DNA of 63,935 nt, the filler included, from Pelomyxa schiedti (Eukaryota; Protista; Evosea): the NCBI GenBank assembly GCA_020536535.1. It is 7 parts of 7 records of this genome, joined end to end, with 100 filler letters (N's around TTAATTAATTAA, not from the genome) between each part and the next. Parts side by side here need not be neighbours in the genome. Positions count along the whole stretch, not along the records: positions 1 to 19,312 come from JAHLWZ010000546.1; 6 more parts are not named here. One strand, written 5' to 3'. This document shows positions 1-12,300 of the stretch, in pieces. Under the pieces are notes generated by a model. It had not been told where the DNA came from. It was given only the letters and a program-made list of their open reading frames with translations, and ran no database searches. Every line of letters starts with the position of its first letter. Position 1 is the first letter of the stretch. A program made the position numbers and the translations under genes.

Positions 1-19
1 ATGCAAGGTTCTTTTAAGT

Positions 20-1414
20 TTAGGAAGACTTCTTCACCAAGGCAATCATACTGAAGCGAAGTTCTTCACCTTCTAGCGCTATCATGGCCTTAATAACACG
101 GGCAGTGTCCTGTTACAAAGTAAGAAACGAAGAGTAGCTAGAGGTAACCTGAAGGATTGTTTCACGTGTGGCAGGACCATGTGGCACAGCACAAATTTTG
201 CGTCCGTCACATTCCCAGAGTTGGTTACCAACTACAACAAAAGAAACAAAGTGCAGGTTGATATCCGCGTCAGCCTCAGGTGCCTGAAGTACTTAAGAAA
301 AAAGGAAAAGAGTCTACTACAAACCTCTGTTTGGCAGCTGTCGTCACTGGCTCTGCTTGTGTGTATTTTTTCAATTTCTGGGTCTTTATTCAGCTGTTTA
401 GCTCTCGCACTTGCATCGAGACTGATGGTAGAATCGAGGAATCTCTTGAAAAATCCGGCATTATCTGAAGGAAGGTAAATTCCCGTTGTGGTTACAGGGA
501 GGATTACCAAGTTCAATAATATCACTATTGTTGCAAATAGAGTGGATCACAGCAATGGTGCCACATGCGTTTCCTAAAGGAGTGTTGGATTTAGCTTCAA
601 AGAAGAATGAACCTATTGTTTGCTCCATGAAATAAACCGAATGATTGGGTGGCAGTCTTTCGAGACTTTCTCTTTCCCTGGCACAATTTTCTTCATGCTT
701 GTGAAATCGTGAATGCCCGAGATTTAAAAAAAAAGTACATTATATAACAAGTACACTTTTATTTTTGGGGTGAAATAGGACATACTCTTTGAGTAATAGG
801 AAATAACCTGCCAAGATAAATATCACGTTAGGGAAGGAGAAAAAAGAGGAAGATGATTTCAGCATACAAAATTACAGCCGCGACAGGCTGTGGAACCATA
901 GCTAATAAATCATCGTCCAAACCGTAAACGTCCACAAACTCCCAGCCACGAACCCCCAAATCCACTATGTACTTCGTAAGTACCTCAGGATTCGACTCCA
1001 GCGCCACCTGCACCAAAAAAAAAAAAAAAAANNNNNNNNNNNNNNNNNNNNNNNNNNNNNNNNNNNNNNNNNNNNNNNNNNNNNNNNNNNNNNNNNNNNN
1101 NNNNNNNNNNNNNNNNNNNNNNNNNNNNNNNCATCGTCCAAACCGTAAACGTCCACAAACTCCCAGCCACGAACCCCCAAATCCACTATGTACTTCGTAA
1201 GTACCTCAGGATTCGACTCCAGCGCCACCTGCACCAAAAAAAAAAAAAAAAAAAGTGGTTAGCAGGAAACCCTCCAAAACGGGTGCCAAACCCATTGTTT
1301 GTCGTCATCGTCGTCGTCATCGTCATCGTCGTCATCATCGTCCTCGTCGTCGTCATCTTCAACCGCCTCTGCGGCGGCCGTGGTCTTCTCGGGAATTGGT
1401 TCGTGGGCCGACAT
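20..1414 (-). CDS. Ubiquitin C-terminal hydrolase (peptidase C12, UCH-L3-like), multi-exon, acidic N-terminal extension
   Basis: Spliced translation: MSAHEP..(D)n..KQW|VALESNPEV, EQTI|GNACGTIAVIH (catalytic Cys), LHFVSF..LWECDGRK (His/Asp), C-terminus LRFSMIALVKKSS*. The span includes gap 1032-1131 with duplicated flanks. Confidence 0.92.
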
Positions 1415-1572
1415 GTCACCTTAACACCTTCTGATTTAATAATTTTGTTTTAGGTGTTACGTAACGAGTGGTTGTTTACCCGAAAAAAAACGAAGATGAG
1501 CGCATCTTAGGAGGTTACGTTCACTCAGGTGCTGCAACCAAAGCCTTTTGTTGCAACACAAAGTGAAGTACC

Positions 1573-2309
1573 TCACTTGAGCCTACTGATAACAAGGGCG
1601 GTGGCACCAACAAGCAGAGCCACACTCATTGCCATTAGGATGGCGAACTTGACATATGTACTCCTCACGTCACCGTCACTGGTAAAATCATCACCATAAG
1701 TTCTGACTGTAAGATAATCTGAAGGAAACCGTAGCTCCTAAACGTGGAATTGATAAGTATGCAAGGGAATGAATCGCCATATGAGCACACATTGGAGAAA
1801 CGGCCAGTCATCACTACTGTGCTGATGGTTCCGTCAAGCATTGTACCAGTAAACAGTGGAATTGTCTTCTCCCCCACTTGCGTCAGAATCGAGTATCCCT
1901 CGGAACTATCAATCCGGTCTCCAGATAGAACCTTAGGGAATACTGTTAGCCACAGTAGAGATGATGTCCTCATGAGTACCTCAGAACAGTTGTCAGTGAA
2001 CAATTTCTTGGCAAAGTCCCTCCTCACAGTCTGCACGCACCCGTTTGTCCCAGAAGACATCACACTCCAGCCGTTTGGCTCATTGGTGGAGTAGTCGCAC
2101 TCTGTTTTCCAATGCCTGTTGAAGTTCAAAGCGCCCAGGCCGTAGTCGACAGCAGTAACAGTGATGGTTTCGCCGTGCTGGGTCACAGTCATTTTGCGGT
2201 TCGACGCAAGTACTGACCACGCGCCATACTCTGTGTACGTGCAGGGAGACCCGGCGCCAAGGGCACCTAGGGCAGCTAATACTACAACCAAACACACAGC
2301 AGGAAACAT
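1573..2309 (-). CDS. Type I membrane / surface protein of unknown function, copy 1 (2 introns)
   Basis: Signal peptide MFPAVCLVVVLAALGALGAG, Cys-containing ectodomain, and after splicing a C-terminal TM segment YVKFAILMAMSVALLVGATALVISRLK*. Confidence 0.7.
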
Positions 2310-3094
2310 TTTCCCACTTCCCGTCCTAGGAAACAAGATAATTTTAAATAGGTGAAACGGAGCCGACAAGGTGACCCACCAGAACCAAGTTAGTTTTGGA
2401 GAACAAATTTTGGTGGCGGCTTCAGGGTGGCACTTTCCGTCACACCAGATTGCTCCACGAAGAAGTAAGAACATTTGGATGCACAACGGTTCACAAGTTG
2501 TAAATATTTCGTTTTATGGATGTAAAAGGACCATTCACGGAGATTCCGACACCACAAATTCGTACGTGCCACTTCCAACTTCAAATACAATCTCAGAGCC
2601 ATTGTCCACAGCAGAGTATACCCCGTAGACAGCTGGAATGAAAGTGTCTCTGGACCACACGGTCTGCCCAGACTCCTTGACGTAAACTTCGTCATATCCC
2701 AGCTTGGAGACTGATATCTCGGCTGATGAGCCCACTGGTATCGTCGTGTCAAGTGTAAGCAATACAGAACAGCCGCTTAGTTGCACGTCGAGCCACTTTG
2801 GAGTGCCGTAACAAGGATCACCAAAAGNNNNNNNNNNNNNNNNNNNNNNNNNNNNNNNNNNNNNNNNNNNNNNNNNNNNNNNNNNNNNNNNNNNNNNNNN
2901 NNNNNNNNNNNNNNNNNNNNNNNNNNNCATCGTCCAAACCGTAAACGTCCACAAACTCCCAGCCACGAACCCCCAAATCCACTATGTACTTCGTAAGTAC
3001 CTCAGGATTCGACTCCAGCGCCACCTGCACCAAAAAAAAAAAAAAAAAGTGGTTAGCAGGAAACCCTCCAAAACGGGTGCCAAACCCATTGTTT

Positions 3095-3125
<31 letters not shown>

Positions 3126-3406
3126 TCATCATCGTCCTCGTCGTCGTCGTCATCTTCAACCGCCTCTGCGGCAGCCGTGGTCTTCTCGGGAATTGGTTCG
3201 TGGGCCGACATGTCACCTTAACACCTTCTGATTTAATAATTTTGTTTTAGGTGTTACGTAACGAGTGGTTGGTTACCCGAAAAAAAACGAAGATGAGCGC
3301 ATCTTAGGAGGTTACGTTCACTCAGCCTTTTGTTGCAACACAAAGTGAAGTACCTCACTTGCCTTGTCACTGCAGATTGTTCTCTGGTGTTAGAGGTCCC
3401 TTCTCT

Positions 3407-4175
3407 TCAGTGGGTATGTGTTCTCTGTCTGGCATGGTTGCTTCTGAACCTCCTGACAACAAGGGCGGTGGCACCAACAAGCAGAGCCACACTCATTGCC
3501 ATTAAGATGGCAAACTTGACATATGTACTCCTCACGTCACCGTCACTGGTTATATCATCACCATAAGTTCTGACTGTAAGATAATCTGAAGGAAACCGTA
3601 GCTCCTAAACGTGGAATTGATAAATATGCAAGGGAATGAATCGCCATATGAGCACACATTTGAGAAACGGCCAGTCATCACTACTGTGCTGATGGTTCCG
3701 TCAAGCATTGTGCCAGTAAACAGTGGGATTGTCTTCTCCCCCACTTGCGTCAGAATCGAGTATCCCTCGGATCCATCAATCCGGTCTCCAGATAGAACCT
3801 TAGGGGAATGGTTAGCCACAGTAGAGATGATGTCCTCATGAGGACCTCAGAACAGCGGTCAGTGAACAATTTCTTGGCAAAGTCCCTCCTCACAGTCTGC
3901 ACGCACCCGTTTGTCCCAGAAGAAACCACGCTCCAGCCGTTTGGATCATTGGTGGAGTAGTCGCACTCCGTTTTCCAATGCCTATTGAAGTCCAAAGCGC
4001 CCAGGCCGTAGTCGACAGCAGTAACAGTGATGGTTTCGCCGTGCTGGGTCACTGTCATTTTGCGGTTCGACCCAAGTACTGACCACGCGCCATACTCTGT
4101 GTACGTGCAGGGAGACCCGTCGCCAAGGGCACCTAGGGCAGCTAATACTGCAACCAAACACACAGCAGGAAACAT
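3407..4175 (-). CDS. Type I membrane / surface protein, copy 2 (allele or paralog)
   Basis: Near-identical to copy 1 with the same intron positions; longer cytoplasmic tail ..VVRRFRSNHARQRTHTH*. Confidence 0.7.
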
Positions 4176-4402
4176 TTTTCCACTTTCCGAATGCCTCCTA
4201 TGTAACCGAAGATAATTGTAAGCAGGTAAACGGAGTCACCGTAACCAAGTTAGTTTTGGAGAACAAATTTCGGTGGTGCTGGCTTCTCTGGCCGGCACTT
4301 TCTGTCGCACAAGATTGCTCCAAGAAGAAGTAAGAACATTTGGATGCACAACGCCTCACAAGTTTTAAATATTTCGGGTTTTATGGGATTTCACTGGGCC
4401 AT

Positions 4403-7400
4403 TCACGGAGATTCCGACACCACAAATTCGTACGTGCCACTTCCAACTTCAAATACAATCTCAGAGCCATTGTCCACAGCAGAATATACCCCGTAGACAG
4501 CTGGAATGAAAGTGTCTCTGGACCACACGGTCTGCCCAGACTCCTTGACGTAAACTTCGTCATATCCCAGCTTTGAGACTGATATCTCGGCTGATGAGCC
4601 CACTGGTATCGTCGTGTCAAGTGTAAGCAATACAGAACAGCCGCTTAGTTGCACGTCGAGCCACTTTGGAGTGCCGTAACAAGGATCACCAAAAGTAGCA
4701 TCATTGGAAGGTATCACGCAGGAAGATTTCCCAACACAGAGCTGTAAGATTGTTGGTCAGTAGGTACCTACTGGTGAATTGCGTTGCAATACAAACCGAT
4801 GTTATGACATCAACTGACGTAGAGGCATGGCACGCTGGGTTGATGGCATAGTTTCCACATGAGCCTGTTGGCGTACCAAATGAAGCAAAATCTACCGTGG
4901 TGATAGTTCCAGACGTGCACTGAAGTGTGGCTTGCTGATTCTCCGGTATTGAGGCACATAGATACATAGATTTGTCCCAGGACGTCTCGATTAAGCCTAT
5001 TAAAGTTTAGTTTTGCTTCTAAACTTTTGGCCTTACCTCTTGGCGTGTCTACGGAGGCCGTTGTGAATTTCATGTCATGGCCTTCCACTACAGGGGCGAT
5101 TTTCAGCTTATCCCAAGCTATTCCGTCTTCCTGCATATTGATACCTCCAAAAGCTTGATAAAACCATGCCCCATGCCCGCCAAACATGATGTGGTTCCTA
5201 CTTCCATATGCAACATATTGGGTACTCTGCCAGTTTTCCCAGAGTGTTGTTGCGCCCTGTGTCTCCCAGAAGTACCAGCTGGGCATTGTGGTTCCAACTG
5301 CTAACTGGTATGCAAGGTCCATACGCCCCATTGACTGCAGTACTGGGAACAAGTATTTTACACCCACTATGCCTACAGTGAAGTGGTTGTTGTTCGTTGT
5401 GACAATGTCGTCGATGAGAGCCTTTTCCACGGCCTCTTTATCAGATTCAGGTACCAGTCCGAGAAATAGGGATAATGCGGACTCCGTCTGCCACCTGAAG
5501 AAGGTTGATTGCTTGAGTAAACAGAGAAATGGAGGAGTACCCATGCTCATAGTTATGGGCAGTGCTATTATAGAGATTGGAGTTCCATGCCTCCCGTACA
5601 TTGTTGGCAACCTTGGTGAAGGTGTCCGCATCGTCTGTATACCCAAGTAATGTGGCAAAGGATGCCATTGTTTCTAACTCGAGCAGGTAATAAAACGAAG
5701 ATACTGTAGTGGACAGGCAGGCTGGATAGCACGACAACAAGGCACACCAATCACCATATCTAGCAAATGACATTAACCCAGTTCTTATATCAGCGGTGGC
5801 CCTAAGATTCTCTGTATAGGCTCGCATGCCGTCATAGTGGCGTTGAATGATACGGGTATCATTATAATATTTGTACATCCAGTTTACAATTAAAATGTAG
5901 GCAGCTCCCCACGCCGGATCTGTCAATAAAATTAACCAATGGATGGAATTAGACCTATAAACCTGCGGGAGTTGCACCCCAGTTGTAAAATGGAACAGTA
6001 TCTGCAACTGCCCCTGTAAGGGGAGAATCGTATAACTGTTCATCACGAATATCCTGAATCCATTTCGTGTAGAAGGACTGTAATTTGCTCAGAGAGCACG
6101 CAAATGTGGGAAGAACGTACACCCATATTGAAGTTAAAAATGTCCGTTTCTGCTGAGAGTTGGGCATCCCCTGTCCATCCTCGTCGCTCACGTTGGGGGC
6201 AATCTGTAGGAATATCTCCTAAGTTGGAGAGAGCGGAAATTCTCATTGCTCTCTGGATCCAATTTAGTATGGAACTGTCAAATGCTATGGAGCCAATATG
6301 TTCCACATTATTGTGTACAAAAATTGACTGAAGAGTGCCATCATCAGGGGATGGCACTCCTGGGAATCCTTCCAATTGCACATATTGGAATCCATGCCAG
6401 GTGAATTTTTGTTGATAGTCGATACATTCGCCATTGAGGGTCAAGTGATCAACCATAGGTGAATTAGAGTACATGTTAGCAAGTGTGCCATCTTGTAGCA
6501 GCATCTCCGAGTGTGTAATTGTGATAGTAGTTCCAGAGGCACCGCAAACATGCAACTTGGAAAAACCTGCAACATTCTGCCCAAAATCAAATACATAAAC
6601 TGATGGATATTAGTGTTCGCTACACATAGAAAGAACTTCACCATTTTTCACAGGCTCGTTCATGCTTACTGGGCTGTAAGTATCCAGAGTTGTGACTTGT
6701 TCATTGGGGGCAACCCGGAGAGACCCTGGAGGAGTAGATACAGAAGTGGCGGAGCTCCAATCTGAATCGTTGTAACCAGGCAGATTCCACCCAGGAGTTT
6801 CAAGCCTTGCATCGTAGTCCTAGTACTCTTTGTGAGAAGGCTGTATTAGGAAGACAGACTGCTGAAAATACCTCTCCGACATAGATATCATCATACGTGA
6901 TGGGACCGCTTGTTACCTTCCAAGTGAGGTCTGATATTGCAACAATTTCAGATGTACCCCCAGTGTAGGTAACACTTAATTGACAGCGGAGTGAAAGAGG
7001 ACCAACACTCAGCCACGAATACCAGCCTCTTCCCAATGATACAGCTAAGGCATTGAGCATTCCGGGCCTCAGCATGTTTGTTACATCGTACACGTCATAG
7101 AGCACCGACTTTTGGAAAGTCGTGAAGTGGCCAGTGTAGAACTGGCCTACCCTATTTCCATTCAGTTCTGCAACATAATAGCCCAGACCGCATATGTAGA
7201 GCCGGGCTCGAATAACTTTCAACTTCTGCAATGAAAACTCCTTGCGGAGTTGGTTGGCGCCTCCTATCCAAGAGCCCTTCCACTCAGACGAAGTTAACAA
7301 GGCAGTGTCAAATTTGGCAGATGAACTCCAATCAGATACAACCCCGTAGGAGTCCCAGTACCTGACCCGCCACGAGTAAGTGGTGTCACTAGTCAACGAA

Positions 7401-7830
7401 ACAGACGAAGGGAGTTCCACCTGAGCACTCATAGATGAGTTCACCATCCCGCTATCCCACACAACCGCAGCACTTCCAGACTTGGACACAGCAGACAACT
7501 CTATCTCGTACGCACTTTGAGCTTGTCCCCTATGGCACTCATTAATAATCCTCCACTTTAAGCAGGGGAAAAAAAAAAAAAAAAAAAAACCAGCACAAGA
7601 AACCGTTTTCGCAACCAAAAAACACAAACACATACTCAAATTGTGCAGGTACAGTACCTGTCAGTGTGCCCCAAAGCCCAGAAGAATCTAGGCTGGGATT
7701 CGTCAATCACAGGAGCGCTTTTATACTCAACCATGAGCTGCGTGGGGGCCAACGGGCCCGCTGACACACCGCACGACCACAACAGCCCAACCACAACCGC
7801 CACGGCGACGGTCCAAACACCAACCGTCAT
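4403..7830 (-). CDS. Secreted alpha-L-rhamnosidase (GH78) with SUEL/Gal-lectin domain, multi-exon
   Basis: Signal peptide; PTQLMVEY..PRFFW and TYSWRVRYWD N-terminal domain; ARLYICGLGYY; FTWHGFQYVQ; IPTDCPQRERRGWTGDA; GATTLWENW..SRNHIMFG; lectin motifs FASFGTPTGSCG and FGDPCYGTPKWL. Confidence 0.93.
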
Positions 7831-7996
7831 GGCGTTCAAGATTCCAAACGGTGGAGCTTTTGTTGTTGTTTTTCGTTTTGTTCGGTTGGTTGGTTGTTTT
7901 TGAAGCTCACGCCAAGGCTTTGACTGGAGTGAGCCCTCAAAAGGGAGGAATAAATCCAGTTGGGAATGTGTGGGAGGACGTATGTACAAGACTGCC

Positions 7997-9168
7997 TCAA
8001 AAATCACATACACTGCCGGTGCTTGTTGTTGATGTGGGAGGCACAGCGGGGGGTGGGGGAGGAGCTGCACTGGGTAGTTTGGCAACATTGCTGAACACCT
8101 GGCATGTCAGATGATCAAATACTTTACCAACATTTCTTCCATCCTTGGCTGAACACTGTTTGAGCGGAGGTTATTGGACAAATAACGGCAAAAATCGCAG
8201 AGTACGTACCTCGAAGTAAGGAACGTTAATACTTTTTGCGTATTCTTCGGCCTGAGCTCGAGTAACAGTAATCTCGGCAGATAAATCGCACTTGGTCCCT
8301 ATCAACACAATAAGAGCATCGGGTGCATTTCTCTTCAAAGCGAGTCAAAAGCAAGAACAAAGAATAAACGAAGGAAACCTGCAAGTAAGTGTACCAGAAC
8401 CTAACATTATCAAAAGTTTTTTGTTTGGTTAAGTCAAATGCCAGTAAGGCTCCTCCAGCTCCCCGTACATAGTGAGCTGTTAACGTGTGAAATCTAGGGG
8501 AGTGTCAAATTCAGAGTTCGAAATTATGTTATACCTCTCGTGACCTGCAGTGTCCTTATATAATGTAAAAAAAAAGTAGGGGAAAAAAAAAAGGTAAATA
8601 GGAGCATACAAAAATCTCCATCTGGAATGAATTGACTCCTCGGATACAATATGGCTGGCTGTGAGACATTTAATAATTATTGACTGTTGAACAGTGTAGA
8701 TAACCAGGTAAATTCAACACCGATAGTGGAGGTGTTGGAGACCTCAAATTTATCGTACTTGAACCTAAAAAGCAAGGAGGTCTTTCCTAGAAGTGCGAAT
8801 TAATGAAACTCAATCAGAAGCACAAACAAAAGAGAGGGGGAAAAAAAAAACGAGGGTAAGACCTTACCCACAGCAGAGTCCCCAATGAGAACAATTTTCC
8901 CGCACAATGGGCGGTCTGGATTTGCGTCCACATCCTCACGGGTAAGTAGCAATGACGGCTTATCAGTAGATGGCGGTGAGGAGCTGGAACACATTCCGCC
9001 CGAATTACTTTGTGCCGCGGCGGTAGTCGTAGTGGTAGTAGATGTTACAACAGGTTGTGCGGCCTTTCGTCGACACCACTCAATAAGTTCTGGTGACAAC
9101 TCATACTCATCTTCCTCTAGGATCTCACGTGCCGGCAAACTACCTAAAGACCCACCACTTGGTTTCAT
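7997..9168 (-). CDS. Divergent Rab-family small GTPase with N-terminal extension (3' end uncertain)
   Basis: G1 KIVLIGDSAVGK|TS, G2 STIGVEF, G3 FDTAGHERF, YVRGAGGALLAFDLT, G4 IGTKCD, G5 E|CSAK across small introns. Confidence 0.88.
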
Positions 9169-9359
9169 GAGTGCTTGGTTTTTTTTTTTTAATTAATTAC
9201 GCAAAATCCGTCGTTGACAGGAAGATCTGGCGGTAGATCAGGAAGGAATGATTTCTTTTTGTTTTGTTTGTTTGCTGGGGGCTTTTAACTGCCCAAAACA
9301 ATGTCATGTAATCGCGTAAACGATTCATTTTCAGAGGCTCGTTGTGGTTGGTTGGTTCA

Positions 9360-12300
9360 TCAGCTGAACAATAGGCGCAGTTCTTCCAGTCTTAGGTTAC
9401 GAAGCTCCTGAGTCTTTAGCCCAAGTGCACCGGCTGCAAGCAGTTTCTTCTTCTCCTGCATATTCATGATCTTTTCTTCTATTGTATCCTTGATTACGAA
9501 TCTAGTGACCATAACCGGCCGCTTTTGCCCAAGCCGGTGCACGCGGTCTATGGCTTGAAGCTCCGTTGCGGCTAGAGTGGATCGTTAGATGGGTCATAGA
9601 ACACAATGGGCCACATACGGTTCCACCAGGGATCCAACAGAAACACTCTGGAGGCAGCGGTAAGGTTGAGCCCAAGCCCTCCTGCCTTCATTGAAACGAG
9701 GAATACTCGCGTTTGAGGGTCAGTTCTGAACTGTTTTATGGCTCTTTCCTGTATCTCATTAGCTTCAATTCATCTTTTTAATTCTAAATGTCTATGAATT
9801 GAAGCATACCCTCTGCATCTGTGACATGGAACCATCCAACCTAGCAAATTGATACCCTGCAAGCCTTAACGGTACTACCAGCAGATCAAGCTGGAAAAAG
9901 GCACTACGTTAAGTTGACAATTTCCTAGAAAATCAACCATTGAAGTCCACTGGCTAAACACAATGGACTTGGTGTCTGGTGCCCACTTATCTGGCTGCTC
10001 GTTGATCATCGCCAGTTCCTGCATTAGTGCATCAATCTTGGTACTACTGCGCCACAAAGAATCATTTTTTGATCTTCCTCTCTCCCGCTTAACGTAGTAT
10101 AAGGGATGTTACGGCAAGATTTTGTTTCATACTGATTGTGTTTCATCATCACACATCGAGAAGTAATCGTTTTGAGTTAAAAGGGACCTAGAAAATTAGG
10201 TACAGGAAGTACAGAATAATGACATACAAGCAAATGGGGCATGTGGTGGATGGTTCTGTCCTCTCTTGAAAGATGTCATCTGGATCGGCAGTTATGAGCC
10301 CCAGATGCTTTTCAAGGCAGTTTCTACAAAAAAAGTGCCCGCATACTGTTACTACGGGAAACTCCATGGACTCGAGACAGATTCCACATTCCTCATCTTC
10401 ACATCTTTTTTATATTAACCTCCTCTACCGTGTGTGAGATACACACTCGGGAAAAATTGAAAGAAGTTTTGCAGCGAGATCTGGAGCGTCTGATACATCC
10501 AGTAGGTTCTCTCTCTCTCCCTTGAATTGTTGTATCACGCAAGCAATATCCTCAGCTGACCTCGTTCGCTTAGGGTAATTTAGCTTTTATTCAACAAAAA
10601 AAGTGGGTTAGTTTACTTTGCTTTGAACAAGGGAGAGGTGATTGCATGCTTGCCGCAGACGGAGCAATAGCTCTAAAATATGAGCATAGTTTTTTAAAGC
10701 CGCATCATCCTTCATGAGACTATCGAACTTTGTTTTAGAGCTTGACCACAGATTCTATTAAGAAAATGAGAATTACAAAAATGGAATAGGGGAACCTGAT
10801 AGAATGTCCTTTCTTCAGCAGTAAACGAATCCTTCCGCAACATGATAACTCTTGGGGGAATGGATAGAATGGGTACTCCATTTACTTTCATGTCTTTGGT
10901 TCGGCATAGCAATACATGTTGTAAAATGCCCTAAGAACAATTTAGATAGAACAGTGACCAATTCACACCTGAATTTTCTCAAAACCAGCTTGTGTATCTC
11001 CACTTTTCATTGGCTTGATAATGTTTGTCTGCCACCAGGAAATGTCACAACACGGCTGGACACGAAGAAACTTGACTAGGGAAAACAAATCATCAAGTTT
11101 GTTCTGTACTGGGGTTCCTTTTCAATTTTTTTTGCATTTTTATTAGCCAGTTTACTGCACAAATGGAAGTACCTGTTACACACCAGCGGCTGTTTGCTGA
11201 CAATGCAAACACTGCTTTTGCTGTGTGGGTAGCTTTGTCTTTTATCTATGCTTCCTTTAGCACAAAAAACCAGTGTAACCAATCAAACTTGATGTGCTTC
11301 ATCTAGAACAACTCTATACCATGGAACTTGCAACATGGGAGCGCAATCCTAACAGAGTATTCACAATGAGGATTGTAAATAGCCAGGAGGGAGGAAACCT
11401 TAGCCAGCGTTTGGTACGTTGTCAACACCACGTCGTGTTTCATTAGGAATATGGGATCCTTTACTCGGTTGGCTCCATGGTATGTATATATCTGAAAATA
11501 TCCAGGTGTTGTGTGAGTACGAATCTCATCAGCCCACTGTGGTAATGTGAGGTGCATGAAGGAATTGAAAAGAAAGACCTGTGACAGTACAGATAATGGA
11601 CACACAATGAGCGTAGACTTGCATGGAACAGGATTCAACTCGGTGTTCTCTTTACCCTCGCAATAGGGAAGAATAGTGGCAGGACCAGTAGTTGGAGGGA
11701 GTGGGTTACCCAGCATTAAAGCGAGAATCTCGATTGTTTTACCCATACCCATCTGCGGGGTGTTAGAATAGAGTTCATATTATCCCGAAATAACCTCGTC
11801 ACATAATAGTCCCCCTCTTACTGAAGGCCTGATGTTTATATTGAGATTTAATTGAGAGAATAGAAATTTACGTGTTGGGCTCTTCAGTTATACGGACAGG
11901 AAAGTCCCAGGTGCTTTCTCCTGTTTGTGTATTGTGATAAAATTTCCGTGCACCAGATTTGCACTCTTGCCACGGTGCTGGCAACTTTAGATAAGTGAGA
12001 AATTATCCTAAAGCCCAGTTCTTACTTTCATTGTTTGCTGCCTTTGCTCAAGTGTTTGTTCTCGGGCTATCAACCAGCCTAAGGCTATATTTCCACTTAA
12101 GTGCAACTTCAGAGTGTACAGTTATGACCTTGCTTTTGATAAGGTCTTAAACCAAGTGTCAATTCTTTTGATGGTTCCACCTCCACTAATTGGCGGCAGC
12201 TGATTTCTTGAAGTGTAGTAAGAAAACTATGAATGCCCGTTGAGTCCATTGAATTTTCCCAGGAGTTGGTTTGTGGGGACAAGCAAATTCGCTTTGCAGC

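Larger units (their letters stand above)
1132..4695. repeat. Gap-bounded duplication 1132-2827 / 2928-4695 (UCH 5' end, membrane gene, GH78 3' end); probably uncollapsed haplotypes
   Basis: Both units start with the same sequence (catcgtccaaaccg) right after 100-N gaps and carry only partial flanking genes. Confidence 0.8.

Noticed and set aside
911-1245. Apparent exon duplication in the UCH gene (likewise in etfA around 14265-14603)
   Set aside because: Identical sequence on both sides of a 100-N gap indicates unmerged contig overlap.
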